Shown here piece by piece: positions 34,825 through 44,609 of a stretch of 64,000 nt of DNA (positions are counted from its first letter, which is position 1; every line of letters begins with the position of its first letter). The notes beneath the pieces are model-generated. The model did no database searches. It was not told the DNA's origin and saw only the letters and a list, made by a program, of their open reading frames with translations. A program made the position numbers and the translations under genes. The stretch is from an uncultured Solibacteraceae bacterium (GTDB lineage: Bacteria > Acidobacteriota > Terriglobia > Bryobacterales > Bryobacteraceae), in the NCBI GenBank assembly GCA_964493965.1, contig CAZBQQ010000003.1:22562-86561 (forward strand), written 5' to 3'.

Positions 34825-37071
34825 TCATTCTACGGCGATGAAGGAAAGGGCCGGGGGGCGCGGAGCGGGAGGAAGGTCTGTCACGACGATTGCATCGGCC
34901 GGAGCGCCGTGCAGGTACGCGTCGATTCTCTGTTCCATCGCCGCCGGAAACCGCGGTACGGGCCCTAGCCGCTTCGCGCCGTACGCGCCGAGCACGATCT
35001 CTTTGAACACCGGGAGCGCAACCCTGCCGCCGGTCTCTTTCTCTCCCAGGGAACGGTCGTCGTCAAAACCTATGCGGACGGCCACGGTGATTCCTTGGGG
35101 GCCGTAGGTGGACCCCACGAAGAGAGCATCCTTGAACCCGGTTGTCGTTCCCGTCTTGCCCATAACTGCGAGCGAGCCCAGTGCATGAGCCGTGCCTCCG
35201 GGAAGCCGCACCACTCCGCGCAGCCCTTCCTGAATCAGCGCCAGCGCATCGCCATCGACGGCCACCGGGAACGACCCGCGCTCGCCGTCGGCGATCACTT
35301 CGCCCGAATCCAGAACGATCTTCTGAATCACATGCGGCTGGGTCAGAGTGCCCGAGGCGATCGTGCGGTACGCATTGGCAAGCTCCAGCAGGTTCACTTC
35401 GGACGCTCCCAGGGCCGTAGTGGCATAAGGGCGCAGGTGAGTTCGAATCCCCAGATGGCGCGCCATATCGAGAACGCTCGAAATGCCGATCTGCTGGGTG
35501 ATCCAGACCGCGACGGCGTTCCTGGATTCCGCCAGCGCCATCCGCAGGGGGATCATGCCCTTGAACTGCCCGTCGTAGTTCGAGATCCATTTCGCGTCCC
35601 GCGTGCTGCCCTGAGAAACGCGAATGGGCTCGTCGGGCACAACTGTGTCCAGATTGAACGCGCCTCTGGAAAAAGCCGCCAGATAGACGATGGGTTTCAT
35701 AGCCGACCCAGGCTGCCGCAGGGAGTTCGTCACGCGGTTGTAGTCACTGGATACGCTGGAGCGGTCCTTGTAGGACTGACGGCCGCCCGTCTCGGCGAGG
35801 ATGCTCGCATCGCGGTTTCTCAGCACGACCACCGAGCCCTGGACTACGCCGGCGGCCCTGGGGTGCCGCTTCTCATACAGCAGCAGGCCGTGCTCCAGTG
35901 CCTGGTTCGCAATTTGCTGCACCTCGGCGTCCACTGTCGAGTAGACCTGGATGTGACCGTTCAACAGGTCTTTTTCGCTGAACTCGGCGTGGCGGCTTTT
36001 GATCTCGTCCAGGACATTGTCAACCACCGCGGACGCTCCTACGGCCTGGTCCTTGTGCAACTTGACCGTCTCAATCGAGCGCTGCCTGGCTTCCCTGGCC
36101 TGGTCCGGAGAGATGAAACCGCTCGCCGCCATGAGCGCCAGTATCTGATTCCTGCGGTCAAAGACTCTCCGGATCTTGCTCACATTGGGCGCGTAGTTGC
36201 GCGCCGACTTCAGCGTGCCGGCCAGCAGCGCCGCCTTGTCGGCATCCTCTGCGGTAAACGTGGCGAGAGGCCGGCCAAAATAGTATTCCGCCGCCCTCGC
36301 GAACCCGTACTGACCGTTTCCCATGTAAATGAAGCTGACATACCGGGCCAGAAGTTCTTCCTTAGCGCGACGTTTGGAACCGAAGCGCGTCCGCATCTCT
36401 CCTTCGAGCCACAACGATAACCGGATCTCCTCCAGCTTCCGAAACAACATGTTGACCATCCGCGCGCCGATCACGCTCGCAAATGCACGCGCCAGGATCT
36501 GGCTGTGCCGGAGCTGATCGCTGTCTTCCTCCGCTGTCATGGCCTTGAGGAAGTAGCCGCGCACGAGCTGTTGGGTGATGGTCGATCCGCCCTGCGGGAA
36601 GATGTTGGCGGTATTCGCGGAGTCCCGGCTTCCCATCTTCGTAAGCCGCCCGATCAGATTCCCGAGCTTGAGTTTGCAAACGACGCGCACAAACCCGGAG
36701 TAGTCGACTCCGCTGTGCGAGAAGAAGTTCTTGTCCTCCGCGGCGAGGATCGCGTTGCGAACGATGGGCGGGATGTCCGCGTACTGGGTCACCTGGCGGT
36801 ATTCCACCGCCATCTCAACCAGCGGACGGCCGTCGGCATCGTAGACATGGCCGATGGTGGGGAGCTGAAACCGGCAGAATGCCTCGATGTCCGGCAGGTT
36901 GCTGCGATCCAGGCAGACGTAGTAGATTCCCCCTGCAGCCAGAGCGGCGGCAGCGATAGCCGTGCAGACGAGAGTGCGCATCATGCCACGCCGCCAGGGC
37001 AGTCTGCCCAAGCGGCTGCTCTGGATTCTCCTGGCCGCCGTCAGGACGCCCACCCGCAGGCGTCTTGGCAT
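34825..37071 (-). CDS. penicillin-binding protein 1A family (GT51 transglycosylase + transpeptidase)
   Basis: GT51 motifs are present (AAEDKNFFSHSGVD, GGSTITQQLVR), as are the transpeptidase motifs SAMKP (SxxK), SRN and KTGTT. The start is uncertain: ATG 37071, 36984 or the ORF start at 37131. Confidence 0.9.
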   Translation of the reverse strand: MPRRLRVGVLTAARRIQSSRLGRLPWRRGMMRTLVCTAIAAAALAAGGIYYVCLDRSNLPDIEAFCRFQLPTIGHVYDADGRPLVEMAVEYRQVTQYADIPPIVRNAILAAEDKNFFSHSGVDYSGFVRVVCKLKLGNLIGRLTKMGSRDSANTANIFPQGGSTITQQLVRGYFLKAMTAEEDSDQLRHSQILARAFASVIGARMVNMLFRKLEEIRLSLWLEGEMRTRFGSKRRAKEELLARYVSFIYMGNGQYGFARAAEYYFGRPLATFTAEDADKAALLAGTLKSARNYAPNVSKIRRVFDRRNQILALMAASGFISPDQAREARQRSIETVKLHKDQAVGASAVVDNVLDEIKSRHAEFSEKDLLNGHIQVYSTVDAEVQQIANQALEHGLLLYEKRHPRAAGVVQGSVVVLRNRDASILAETGGRQSYKDRSSVSSDYNRVTNSLRQPGSAMKPIVYLAAFSRGAFNLDTVVPDEPIRVSQGSTRDAKWISNYDGQFKGMIPLRMALAESRNAVAVWITQQIGISSVLDMARHLGIRTHLRPYATTALGASEVNLLELANAYRTIASGTLTQPHVIQKIVLDSGEVIADGERGSFPVAVDGDALALIQEGLRGVVRLPGGTAHALGSLAVMGKTGTTTGFKDALFVGSTYGPQGITVAVRIGFDDDRSLGEKETGGRVALPVFKEIVLGAYGAKRLGPVPRFPAAMEQRIDAYLHGAPADAIVVTDLPPAPRPPALSFIAVE

Positions 37072-37197
37072 GACGCGCCAGACCCGGTACTGAAGCCGGG
37101 AGCAGAAGCTGCCGGGGGACCATAGAAGCATAAGGGAACTTCACTTTGGCGCACGCGCGCCGGTTTCAAGCCAGAGCTGAGATGACGGCCCGGGGGC

Positions 37198-37419
37198 TCA
37201 GAAAGATGCCGAGGCGACCCCTACGGCTGTGGCTCGGCGTGACCTTCGGAGCCACCGGTTCATGAGCAGGCTGAATACTGCGACACAGGCTGCTCCGACA
37301 GCGATCCGGGCAGAGATGGCGTGGACCGCCACCCCGAGCGCAGCGCCCAGAGCAACGCCAACTGCTATTCCCACGCCCATGTAGCTCCTCATCGTTGCCT
37401 CCCAATCTCGTGTCTTCAT
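37198..37419 (-). CDS. small Gly/Ala-zipper membrane protein
   Basis: 73 aa with two hydrophobic GxxxG-rich helices. The ATG overlaps the upstream stop (ATGA), which suggests translational coupling. Confidence 0.45.
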   Translation of the reverse strand: MKTRDWEATMRSYMGVGIAVGVALGAALGVAVHAISARIAVGAACVAVFSLLMNRWLRRSRRATAVGVASASF

Positions 37420-38225
37420 CGCGCCGCCGGCGGATCCTGGTCCGTCGGAATTCCGGCTAGCGAGCGATAGAACGCAATCGCCCGGTTGATCGAGGACGCC
37501 GCGTGCCCCGTGGACAGCCGGCTCGCGTTTGGTCCAGTGCGCGCGATGCTGTAGCAGCGCCAGACGTCGTCCGATTCGCGATCCAGAAAATAGATCGATT
37601 GGATCTCACCCGGGTGGAACAGTGTTATCAGGAAATATCGCATCGTGCTGACATTCTCGACATCGAAGACCAGCCGGTTGGGCGAAGCCTCGTCGATGCG
37701 CATTCGGTAGATGGCCGCTCCCGAAAGATTGTCGACCTGTTCCAGGTAGAGTTCCGTGCCTGCCGTCATCTCCGCCGCAGTAAAGTCCTGGCGTCGGACT
37801 CCCTGGGCGCCGGTTAAAGCGTGGGCGCTCTCCACGAGCGTCTGCCATCGCTGATGAGTGGTGGACCAGTAGCGCATACCCGCGCGCTCTGAAATTGCCC
37901 CAACCTTGCGGACCAAGCCTTCGGCGCCCGCGGGATAACGAAACCGCGCAGCTGTGGTTACCAGCGTCGCGAAGCCCGTCGTAGTCCAACCCGTGCATGA
38001 GGGGGGCCTCCAATCGCGGCCGAAGTCAGACTGGCTCCAGAACGTCACGTTGGGAGGACTATCCAGACCGGCATAGGCCGGAATGGGGTCGCTTCCACAT
38101 GGCGGCACGGGCCCTGTTTGCGCGCGCCCGTGGACCTGGCAGACCAGCAGAACCGTGAGTGCAAACCGAATGCGGCGCCCGGCTCGAGTCCGGACAACTG
38201 TCTCGTGGAGTGGATCTGCGCTCAT
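37416..38225 (-). CDS. secreted hypothetical protein
   Basis: 269 aa with a signal-like segment RFALTVLLVCQVHGRAQ. The composition is non-repetitive and protein-like. No family was recognised. Confidence 0.55.
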   Translation of the reverse strand: MSADPLHETVVRTRAGRRIRFALTVLLVCQVHGRAQTGPVPPCGSDPIPAYAGLDSPPNVTFWSQSDFGRDWRPPSCTGWTTTGFATLVTTAARFRYPAGAEGLVRKVGAISERAGMRYWSTTHQRWQTLVESAHALTGAQGVRRQDFTAAEMTAGTELYLEQVDNLSGAAIYRMRIDEASPNRLVFDVENVSTMRYFLITLFHPGEIQSIYFLDRESDDVWRCYSIARTGPNASRLSTGHAASSINRAIAFYRSLAGIPTDQDPPAAR

Positions 38226-38329
38226 TTAGTTCAAGCCAACCTTGTTGCAGTCGGGCGGCTTAAGGGCCACCTGCCGGCAGCCCGGCCTGCCGGCATATGG
38301 AGATTGCCTGGAAAGTGGAGATGGCTCGC

Positions 38330-38623
38330 CTAGCGCCAGTGCCCTTCCACCAAAACCCACCCGCCCCTTTGGTGGACATAGTGGTGCGCTACCCAACGGG
38401 CGTGCGGCCGTGGAGGCTGTTCCCATCTGCCCGGCGTCCAGGCGTATGAGTTGTTGTCGTAACGCTGGTATCCGGAAATCCACACGTGATCACGGCTCGG
38501 ACGCGGCGCCCGCCTCTCGAATTCAGCCCGGGGCGGTTTGACGCGAATCACAAGCTCGCCGCCCAAGGCGCTGAATACCAGAGCGCCTGCAAAAACCAAT
38601 CCCATCAATCGTTTCACAAACAT
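38330..38623 (-). CDS. WXXGXW/YXWGXW-repeat small secreted protein
   Basis: 97 aa with a signal peptide. WTPGRWEQPP...WVAHHYVHQRGGWVLVEGHW fits the two-copy WxxGxW repeat family. Confidence 0.7.
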   Translation of the reverse strand: MFVKRLMGLVFAGALVFSALGGELVIRVKPPRAEFERRAPRPSRDHVWISGYQRYDNNSYAWTPGRWEQPPRPHARWVAHHYVHQRGGWVLVEGHWR

Positions 38624-38679
38624 AACATCCCCTCCTCGTTCTTAGTTCCAAATTGCAAATGAGTCCAGCGGCAGTTGCA

Positions 38680-38937
38680 CTACCAGGCTCGGCGTCGGCG
38701 GACGGCGTGATAGAGAACCAGCATCACCACCGAGCCGACAACCGCCACGAAGAAACTGTAGACGTTGAGTCCGCTGACGCCGGACGCTCCGAACATGCGG
38801 AACAGCCATCCACCGGCAAGAGCGCCGACAACGCCCAACAGGATGTCGAGTACAATTCCCTCACCTCTCCTGTTCACAATCTTGCTACCGATGAAGCCTG
38901 CAATCAGGCCGAGAACCACCCAAGCCAAGACTGACAT
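38680..38937 (-). CDS. GlsB/YeaQ/YmgE family stress-response membrane protein
   Basis: 85 aa. LAWVVLGLIAGFIGSKIV...GIVLDILLGVVGALAGGWLF is the family signature. Confidence 0.9.
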   Translation of the reverse strand: MSVLAWVVLGLIAGFIGSKIVNRRGEGIVLDILLGVVGALAGGWLFRMFGASGVSGLNVYSFFVAVVGSVVMLVLYHAVRRRRAW

Positions 38938-39108
38938 AGTGTCCGCCCTTTCCAGTCGATGAACGCAGCGAGAAGGGGACCGGCAGAATACGCCAAGGCC
39001 CGCTCTCCGAGGCTTAGCAGTGCACGTGCATGGCCTTACTCAAACACGCACACTCCAGCAGCCAGGTACGCGGGCGCAGGCAAAACCTGCACGCAAGTGC
39101 AGTACACG

Positions 39109-39810
39109 TCAATCAGCCGGAGGCAGAGTGAAGTGGAACGTCGATCCAGCCCCGGGCGCCGATTCCATCCACATTCGGCCGCCATGCCACTCGATGGCCT
39201 TCTTGCAGAATGCGAGTCCCAGCCCGTTCCCAGGGTGTTCTCTTCCGTGCAGGCGCCGGAAGACGCCGAAGATGCGGCCCTGGAATACCGGGGCGATGCC
39301 AGGGCCGTTGTCTCGCACGGAAAACACCCACTCGGCGTCCTGGCGTCTGGACGAAACGTGAACGCGCGCAGGAGGTGCGTCGCAGTATTCGATGCCGTTC
39401 CGGATCAGGTGATGCAGGACCTTAGCCAGCATTTCGAAGTCCCCCATTACCGCCGGCAGAGGGTCGTGGGTGACGATTGCCCCCCGCTCCACTGTCTGTT
39501 TGTCCGCGTAGAGCAGCGCCTGGCTCAGCACCGCTTCCATGTCCGTGCGGGAGGCCTGCCGGCCGCTCCCGTCCGTGGCCCAGTAGTCCACCATCGCGGC
39601 GAGCTGTGACTCCATGCGCGCCGCTCCCTCGCGGATGTGGTCGAGGTACACGCCTGCATCCGGATCGAGCCGGCCGGCATAGGTCTCGGCCATCAGCTGG
39701 CCATAGGCGGCCACGTCGCGGAGAGACTCGCGCAGGTTGTGCGCCGCCCTCGAGACAAACTCCTCGAAGTCCGCGTTCGCCTGCTCCAACCGGTGATCAG
39801 AGTCGCCCAT
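39109..39810 (-). CDS. cytoplasmic sensor histidine kinase (HisKA + HATPase_c)
   Basis: The start is ATG 39810; the track ORF extends falsely to 40074. The H-box is FVSRAAHNLRESLRD, and the N/G boxes are LIRNGIEY, RDNGPGI and GNGLGLAFCKK. Confidence 0.85.
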   Translation of the reverse strand: MGDSDHRLEQANADFEEFVSRAAHNLRESLRDVAAYGQLMAETYAGRLDPDAGVYLDHIREGAARMESQLAAMVDYWATDGSGRQASRTDMEAVLSQALLYADKQTVERGAIVTHDPLPAVMGDFEMLAKVLHHLIRNGIEYCDAPPARVHVSSRRQDAEWVFSVRDNGPGIAPVFQGRIFGVFRRLHGREHPGNGLGLAFCKKAIEWHGGRMWMESAPGAGSTFHFTLPPAD

Positions 39811-42800
39811 TTTGAGTGCCCGCGCCGAGGTGTATCGGAATCGTGAACTTGAACGTGGCGCCCCGCCCTGGTTCCGATTCCACCCAGATCCTTCCGCCCT
39901 GGCGCTCGACGACCTTCTTGCAGAGCGCAAGGCCCATGCCGGTGCCGGGGATTTCGCTTCCGTGCAAGCGCTTGAACATGCCGAACACCCGTTCGGAGTC
40001 CTCCGCACCGATACCGGCTCCGTTGTCCCGCACCGCGAACAGCCACCCTTCCGCGTCTCTCTCCGCCGAAACATGGATTCTCGGCACTTCCTTGCCTCTG
40101 TACTTGATGGAATTGGAAATGAGGTTCTGGAAAAGCTGCATCAGCATAACCTCATCAGCGGCCACCGTTGGCAATGGATCGGAAGTTATGGTCGCGCCAC
40201 CCTCCTCGATGGCCGCCTGGAGGTTCAGCAGCGCCTTGGCGAGAACGGCGCCGGAATCGATCGCGGCGACTCTGCCCGGTTCCCGCTCGGTAATTTCCCA
40301 ATAGGCAAGCAGGGCCTTGAGCAGCGCCTCTATCCTCAGGGCGCCCTCCACGGAATAGGAAATGTACTTGTCCGCGTCGTCGCCCAGCTTTCCCTTGTAC
40401 TCCCGGCCCAGGAGCTCCGTAAAGCTCACGACCATCCGCAGAGGCTCCTGCAGGTCGTGCGTGAGCGCATAGGCAAAATGCTGCAGTTCGGCGTTGGTTT
40501 TCCGAAGCGACTCTTCAGCCACCTTGCGGTCGGTTGCGTCCTCAATCGCCAGAAGGATCGTCCGCGCCTGCGCATTCGGATTGAACACCTCGCTGGCGTT
40601 GAGCAGCATCACCTTGCGTCCGACATGTTCAAACTCGTGTGTCACCTCGAAATCGCGGAACGTCGAGTGCGCCGGCAGAATGTTCTCCAGCAGTTCGCGC
40701 AGCTTCGGGATGTTCCATTGTCCGTTCCCGAGGTCGTAGATCAGCCGCCCCTCCGTATCCTCCCGCGCTGCCCGGAACGTGCCGTAGAACGCCCGGTTCG
40801 CCTTCATGACCTGCAGATTCTGGTCCAGGATTACCAGAGGCTCCCGCACCGTCTCGACAATCGCTTCGGCGAAGTCCAGCCCGCGCTTGGCGGCATCGAT
40901 ATCGATCAACATCAGAACGGCGCCGTCGATCTTGCCATCCGTCCCCACCGACGGCAGGATGCGGAGCGAATACCAGCGGCCGTGCGCATCGCGAACATCG
41001 CGCGGCTTCCGGTTGCCGCCTTCCATCGCATCCAGCAGCAACCGCCGCAGGTCGGGCAGCTCCATTTGCGGCTGAAGGTCCGTTAGCGACCGCCCCACAT
41101 CGGAAGCGATGAGATTCAGCAGGGGCTCCATGGCGCGCGTAAAGCGGCGGATGCGCAAATCGTGCCCCACCATCACCAGGGGGATGCTGATGCTCTCGAG
41201 AAGATTGGTCAGGTCGCGGTTGACCTGGCTGTATTCGACGTTGCTGATCTTGAGCTCCTCGTTCAGCGTGTTCAGTTCTTCGTTGGCCGATTCCAGCTCC
41301 TCTTGCGCGGTTTCCAGCTCCTCGTTCCCCGCCTGCGCCTCTTCATTTGCCGCCTTCAACTCTTCCAGGGTGGATGCATGATCCTCAACGATCGATTGCA
41401 GATACTCTTTGGTCGCTACAATCTCGCGCCGCAGCCGCACGCTTCCCCCCTTGTCCTGTGTCGCGGGCTTGCGCGTCGCCTTCGGGCCACGCCTCGGTTC
41501 GACGTCTTCGAACAGGACCAGGAAATGCCGTCCCTTGGAGGCGGATGAGCCCGTAAACGGGATGACTTTGATCTTCACGTCTCTCAGCTGGCCGCCGTCC
41601 TCGATCCGGAAGCCCTCTTCTTTGGCTGGGGCGTTCGTCTGTCTGGCAGCTCGGATGGCCTTTCCTAGTCCGGCAATCAGGCCTTCGCGCGCTAGTTTCA
41701 GAAGATTCTGAGTCGGCTCGCCCGGCGACAGTTCCAGGTACGGGGATGTGCGGCCACGGACCTGAACGATGTTCATGGCGTCGTCAATGACGGCTCCCGG
41801 GGGGCCGTGCTCGGCCAACACCAGGCGGTCGGCTTCTCTCGCCAGGTCCGGCTCCGGCCTCCCCTCGGCAGTCCTCGGCCGCAGATCCAGCCGGCCCTCC
41901 GTGCGGCGGCCTGTGCCCGAGTGCGGCGCCGGTCGATCCGTGACCGGCCGCACGCTATAGATCCTGTGGCTCTTTTCTATCTGATGAAAGGACTCGGAAA
42001 GCGAGCCGATGCTCTCCGACGGCCCGAGCACCAGGAAGCCGCTGGGCTTGAGCGCGTAACGCAGGATCGACAGTACCTTGTGCTGTAACATCGTTCCGAG
42101 GTAGATCAGCACGTTGCAGCAACTGATCAGGTCCAGCTTGGAGAAGGGCGGGTCCTCGGTCACATTGTGCCTGGCAAAAATGCACACGTCACGGATGCAC
42201 TTCGCGATCTGGTATCCACGTTCGGTCGTGGTGAAGAACCGCGCCAACCGCTGCGGCGAGACATTCTCCAAGGCGGCGCTCGTATACGTGCCGGCGCGGG
42301 CTTTCTCGATCGCCGCCTCGCTGATATCCGTGGCGAAAATCTCGAACGGAACGCTGACTTTCCGGTCCTCCAGGACTTCCATCAAACAGATGGCCATCGA
42401 ATAGGCTTCCTCGCCCGTGGCACATCCAGCCACCCAGATCCGGATCGGATCGTCGGGCCCCCTGTTTTCAAGCAGGGCCGGAAGCACCCTCTTCTTCAAC
42501 TCCATGAAGACCGCTGGTTCCCGGAAGAACGCAGTGACGGTGATCAGACAGTCCGCGCACAACGCGAGTGCTTCCTCGCGGCTCTCCTCGAGATGCCGGC
42601 CGTAGCTTTCCAGCGTTGCGAATCCGCGCATGCCCATGCGCCGCTTGATACGCCGCTGGAGCGTGCTGTGCTTGTAGTGAGTGAAGTCCACTCCCGTGGC
42701 GGTCCGCACCAGCCGGAGTATCGCGGTCAGTTCCGGATCCGCTGCATCGGCATCCTCAGGCTCGATCGGGACCCGGGAACCCCGCGCGATGGCCACCAGT

Positions 42801-43450
42801 TGCCTCGCGATTCCGGCCAGCGGCAGGATCGAATCCGCCACACCCGCTGCGATGGCGCTTCTCGGCATGGCGTCGAACCGCGCGGTCTGCGCCTCCTGAG
42901 CGAAGGTGACACCGCCCGCGCCCTTGATCGCCTCGAGCCCGAGCGTCCCATCGGATCCGGTCCCCGAGAGAACAACCCCGAGCGCCTTGCGGCCCCGGTC
43001 CGCGGCCAGGGCGCGGAGAAAAGAGTCGATCGGCATGTTGCGGCCGGTGGCCGGCCGGGGCGGGGTCTGGAGGATACCATCGGAAATGGCCAGGTTACTG
43101 CGCGGCGCGATCACATAGACATGATCGGCCTCGGCGCGCATCTCGCCATTCACCTCGCACACAGGCATTCGGCTTGCCCTGGAGAGCAGCTCCGTTAGAT
43201 GGCTCTCGTGACCCGGATCGAGGTGCTGGATGAGCACGAATGCCATCCCCGTATCGTCCGGCAGATGGCTGAGCAGCTCTGAGAATGCCTCCAGCCCCCC
43301 GGCGGAGGCTCCGATGCCAACAACAAAGGGACTTTCCTCGACGGCTGGCGGCAAGATACTTACGGCTGCAGTGGAGGTCTTCGCCTTCGCCGGGGCATGC
43401 CGCGAATTCGTGACTATGCCTTGCCGGCGACTGCCGATCTTCTTTGCCAC
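39797..43450 (-). CDS. CheB methylesterase / CheR methyltransferase / PAS / histidine kinase fusion protein
   Basis: CheB signature: VVGIGASAGGLEAFSELL...FVLIQHLDP. CheR signature: FFREPAVF...IRIWVAGCATGEEAYSMAICL. A coiled coil and PAS regions follow. The H-box is FAYALTHDLQEPLR and the G-boxes are RDNGAGI and GTGMGLALCKK. The start is uncertain: GTG 43450 is proposed, because the in-frame ATG 43747 would overlap the response regulator gene by about 195 nt. Confidence 0.85.
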   Translation of the reverse strand: MAKKIGSRRQGIVTNSRHAPAKAKTSTAAVSILPPAVEESPFVVGIGASAGGLEAFSELLSHLPDDTGMAFVLIQHLDPGHESHLTELLSRASRMPVCEVNGEMRAEADHVYVIAPRSNLAISDGILQTPPRPATGRNMPIDSFLRALAADRGRKALGVVLSGTGSDGTLGLEAIKGAGGVTFAQEAQTARFDAMPRSAIAAGVADSILPLAGIARQLVAIARGSRVPIEPEDADAADPELTAILRLVRTATGVDFTHYKHSTLQRRIKRRMGMRGFATLESYGRHLEESREEALALCADCLITVTAFFREPAVFMELKKRVLPALLENRGPDDPIRIWVAGCATGEEAYSMAICLMEVLEDRKVSVPFEIFATDISEAAIEKARAGTYTSAALENVSPQRLARFFTTTERGYQIAKCIRDVCIFARHNVTEDPPFSKLDLISCCNVLIYLGTMLQHKVLSILRYALKPSGFLVLGPSESIGSLSESFHQIEKSHRIYSVRPVTDRPAPHSGTGRRTEGRLDLRPRTAEGRPEPDLAREADRLVLAEHGPPGAVIDDAMNIVQVRGRTSPYLELSPGEPTQNLLKLAREGLIAGLGKAIRAARQTNAPAKEEGFRIEDGGQLRDVKIKVIPFTGSSASKGRHFLVLFEDVEPRRGPKATRKPATQDKGGSVRLRREIVATKEYLQSIVEDHASTLEELKAANEEAQAGNEELETAQEELESANEELNTLNEELKISNVEYSQVNRDLTNLLESISIPLVMVGHDLRIRRFTRAMEPLLNLIASDVGRSLTDLQPQMELPDLRRLLLDAMEGGNRKPRDVRDAHGRWYSLRILPSVGTDGKIDGAVLMLIDIDAAKRGLDFAEAIVETVREPLVILDQNLQVMKANRAFYGTFRAAREDTEGRLIYDLGNGQWNIPKLRELLENILPAHSTFRDFEVTHEFEHVGRKVMLLNASEVFNPNAQARTILLAIEDATDRKVAEESLRKTNAELQHFAYALTHDLQEPLRMVVSFTELLGREYKGKLGDDADKYISYSVEGALRIEALLKALLAYWEITEREPGRVAAIDSGAVLAKALLNLQAAIEEGGATITSDPLPTVAADEVMLMQLFQNLISNSIKYRGKEVPRIHVSAERDAEGWLFAVRDNGAGIGAEDSERVFGMFKRLHGSEIPGTGMGLALCKKVVERQGGRIWVESEPGRGATFKFTIPIHLGAGTQNGRL

Positions 43451-43551
43451 CCGCCACCTAACCTTTCCCGCCGGGAGGAGCGTAGCACGTGTGGTGCCAA
43501 TCTCGCGCCAGTCGCGGTTGGCGGCCAGCCAATGGATCGATTGTAGCGCCC

Positions 43552-44025
43552 TCAGCCAGCGGTGGCTCCCGTGAGCAGATCCTTGATGATCTTCCCGATC
43601 GCCATGAATTGATCCAGCCCGGAAGGCTTGGTGATGAATTGAGTAACGCCGAGGTCCTTCAGAAGCGCTTCGTCGCGCCGCGACTGGGAAGAGCTCCACA
43701 CGCACACCGGAACGCCGCCCAGGTGCCCGGCGCTTCGGATCTCGCACAAGATGTCTTCGCCGGTGTACTTGGAAAGATTCAGGTCCACCAGGATCAGGTT
43801 GGGAGCCGCCGTATCCGAATAGGCTCCCTGCCTGCGGATGAACGCGAGCGCTTCGCCGCCGCTGATCAGGTGGATCAGTTCAAACCGGAGGTCCTGCTTC
43901 TTCAGTGCCCGATCGAGAAGGAAGACGTCCGAGGCGTTGTCTTCGATGACAAGGATCCGCGCTACGGGAATAGCCGAAGGGTCTGTCACTCTGACTCCCG
44001 GCGGTCGGCCATTGCACTTCATCAT
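43552..44025 (-). CDS. single-domain response regulator (CheY-like receiver)
   Basis: 157 aa. RILVIEDNASDVFLL...PNLILVDLNLSKYTGEDIL...VCVWSSS...FITKP contains the receiver Asp pocket. The start overlaps the sortase stop. Confidence 0.9.
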   Translation of the reverse strand: MMKCNGRPPGVRVTDPSAIPVARILVIEDNASDVFLLDRALKKQDLRFELIHLISGGEALAFIRRQGAYSDTAAPNLILVDLNLSKYTGEDILCEIRSAGHLGGVPVCVWSSSQSRRDEALLKDLGVTQFITKPSGLDQFMAIGKIIKDLLTGATAG

Positions 44026-44609
44026 TTCACAGCCACCCGTGCCAGCGTTTGCGGCGACACCTGCCTGGCCCTCACGATGAACCGCTCGGGCGCCGCTCCG
44101 ATATAGAAAAAGGGATAACAGGTCACCAGCGTCAGCACGTTGTCGTGCGAGGGTGCGAGCACTCCAACGTCGCGCGGCTTCACAACCATGAGCGACTCAA
44201 CCTGGTATTTGAAATCGCCCGTCAGCGTCGAGAGCTGAATCTCGTCCTTGATCTTCAGATCCTTCAGTGGGCGAAAGAATGTGTCCCTATGCGCGGAAAG
44301 ACCTACGTTCCCTGCCTCGCCCGGCAGCGCTGTGCCGGGAATATGCCCGATCCCGCGGCGGAGGGTTTTTGCGTCCACGCCTTCAACAACGATCGTGGAA
44401 AGGCCCAGACGTGGTATCTCCAGGCGGCCGACCAGGCCGTCCGTCGCGGCGGCAGGCGCGCCGGCGCTCGCCGTGCGCCGATCGTGCAGCATGCGGTCGA
44501 GATCCATGCTCTCGCGGCGTTGGAACGCCCAGGTGTCCAACAGAACCAATCCACTGTAGCCCAGAAGCAGGACGGCGCAGGCAAAGAAAGCACGCTGCAC
44601 CCACTTCAT
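44022..44609 (-). CDS. sortase family transpeptidase
   Basis: 195 aa with an N-terminal TM anchor. The catalytic His context is NVGLSAHRDTFF, the TLxTC motif is LTLVTCYP, and the C-terminal Arg is in ERFIVRA. Confidence 0.85.
   Translation of the reverse strand: MKWVQRAFFACAVLLLGYSGLVLLDTWAFQRRESMDLDRMLHDRRTASAGAPAAATDGLVGRLEIPRLGLSTIVVEGVDAKTLRRGIGHIPGTALPGEAGNVGLSAHRDTFFRPLKDLKIKDEIQLSTLTGDFKYQVESLMVVKPRDVGVLAPSHDNVLTLVTCYPFFYIGAAPERFIVRARQVSPQTLARVAVK

Noticed and set aside
35441-35450. GTTCGAATCC, a tRNA T-loop-like decamer followed nearby by ...GCGCGCCA.
   Set aside because: The flanking 5-nt arms (GTGAG / CCCCA) cannot pair, and no D-arm or anticodon-arm structure is evident. The site lies inside the well-supported PBP1A coding sequence.
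43451-43747. The N-terminal ORF extensions given in the track (43451-43747 for the CheB/CheR gene; likewise 4081-4326, 9144-9365, 29129-29245, 39811-40074, 46597-46959, 51179-51436, 54308-54640).
   Set aside because: The extensions overlap the preceding gene, are Arg-rich, and precede an internal start with a good RBS and/or a signal peptide.
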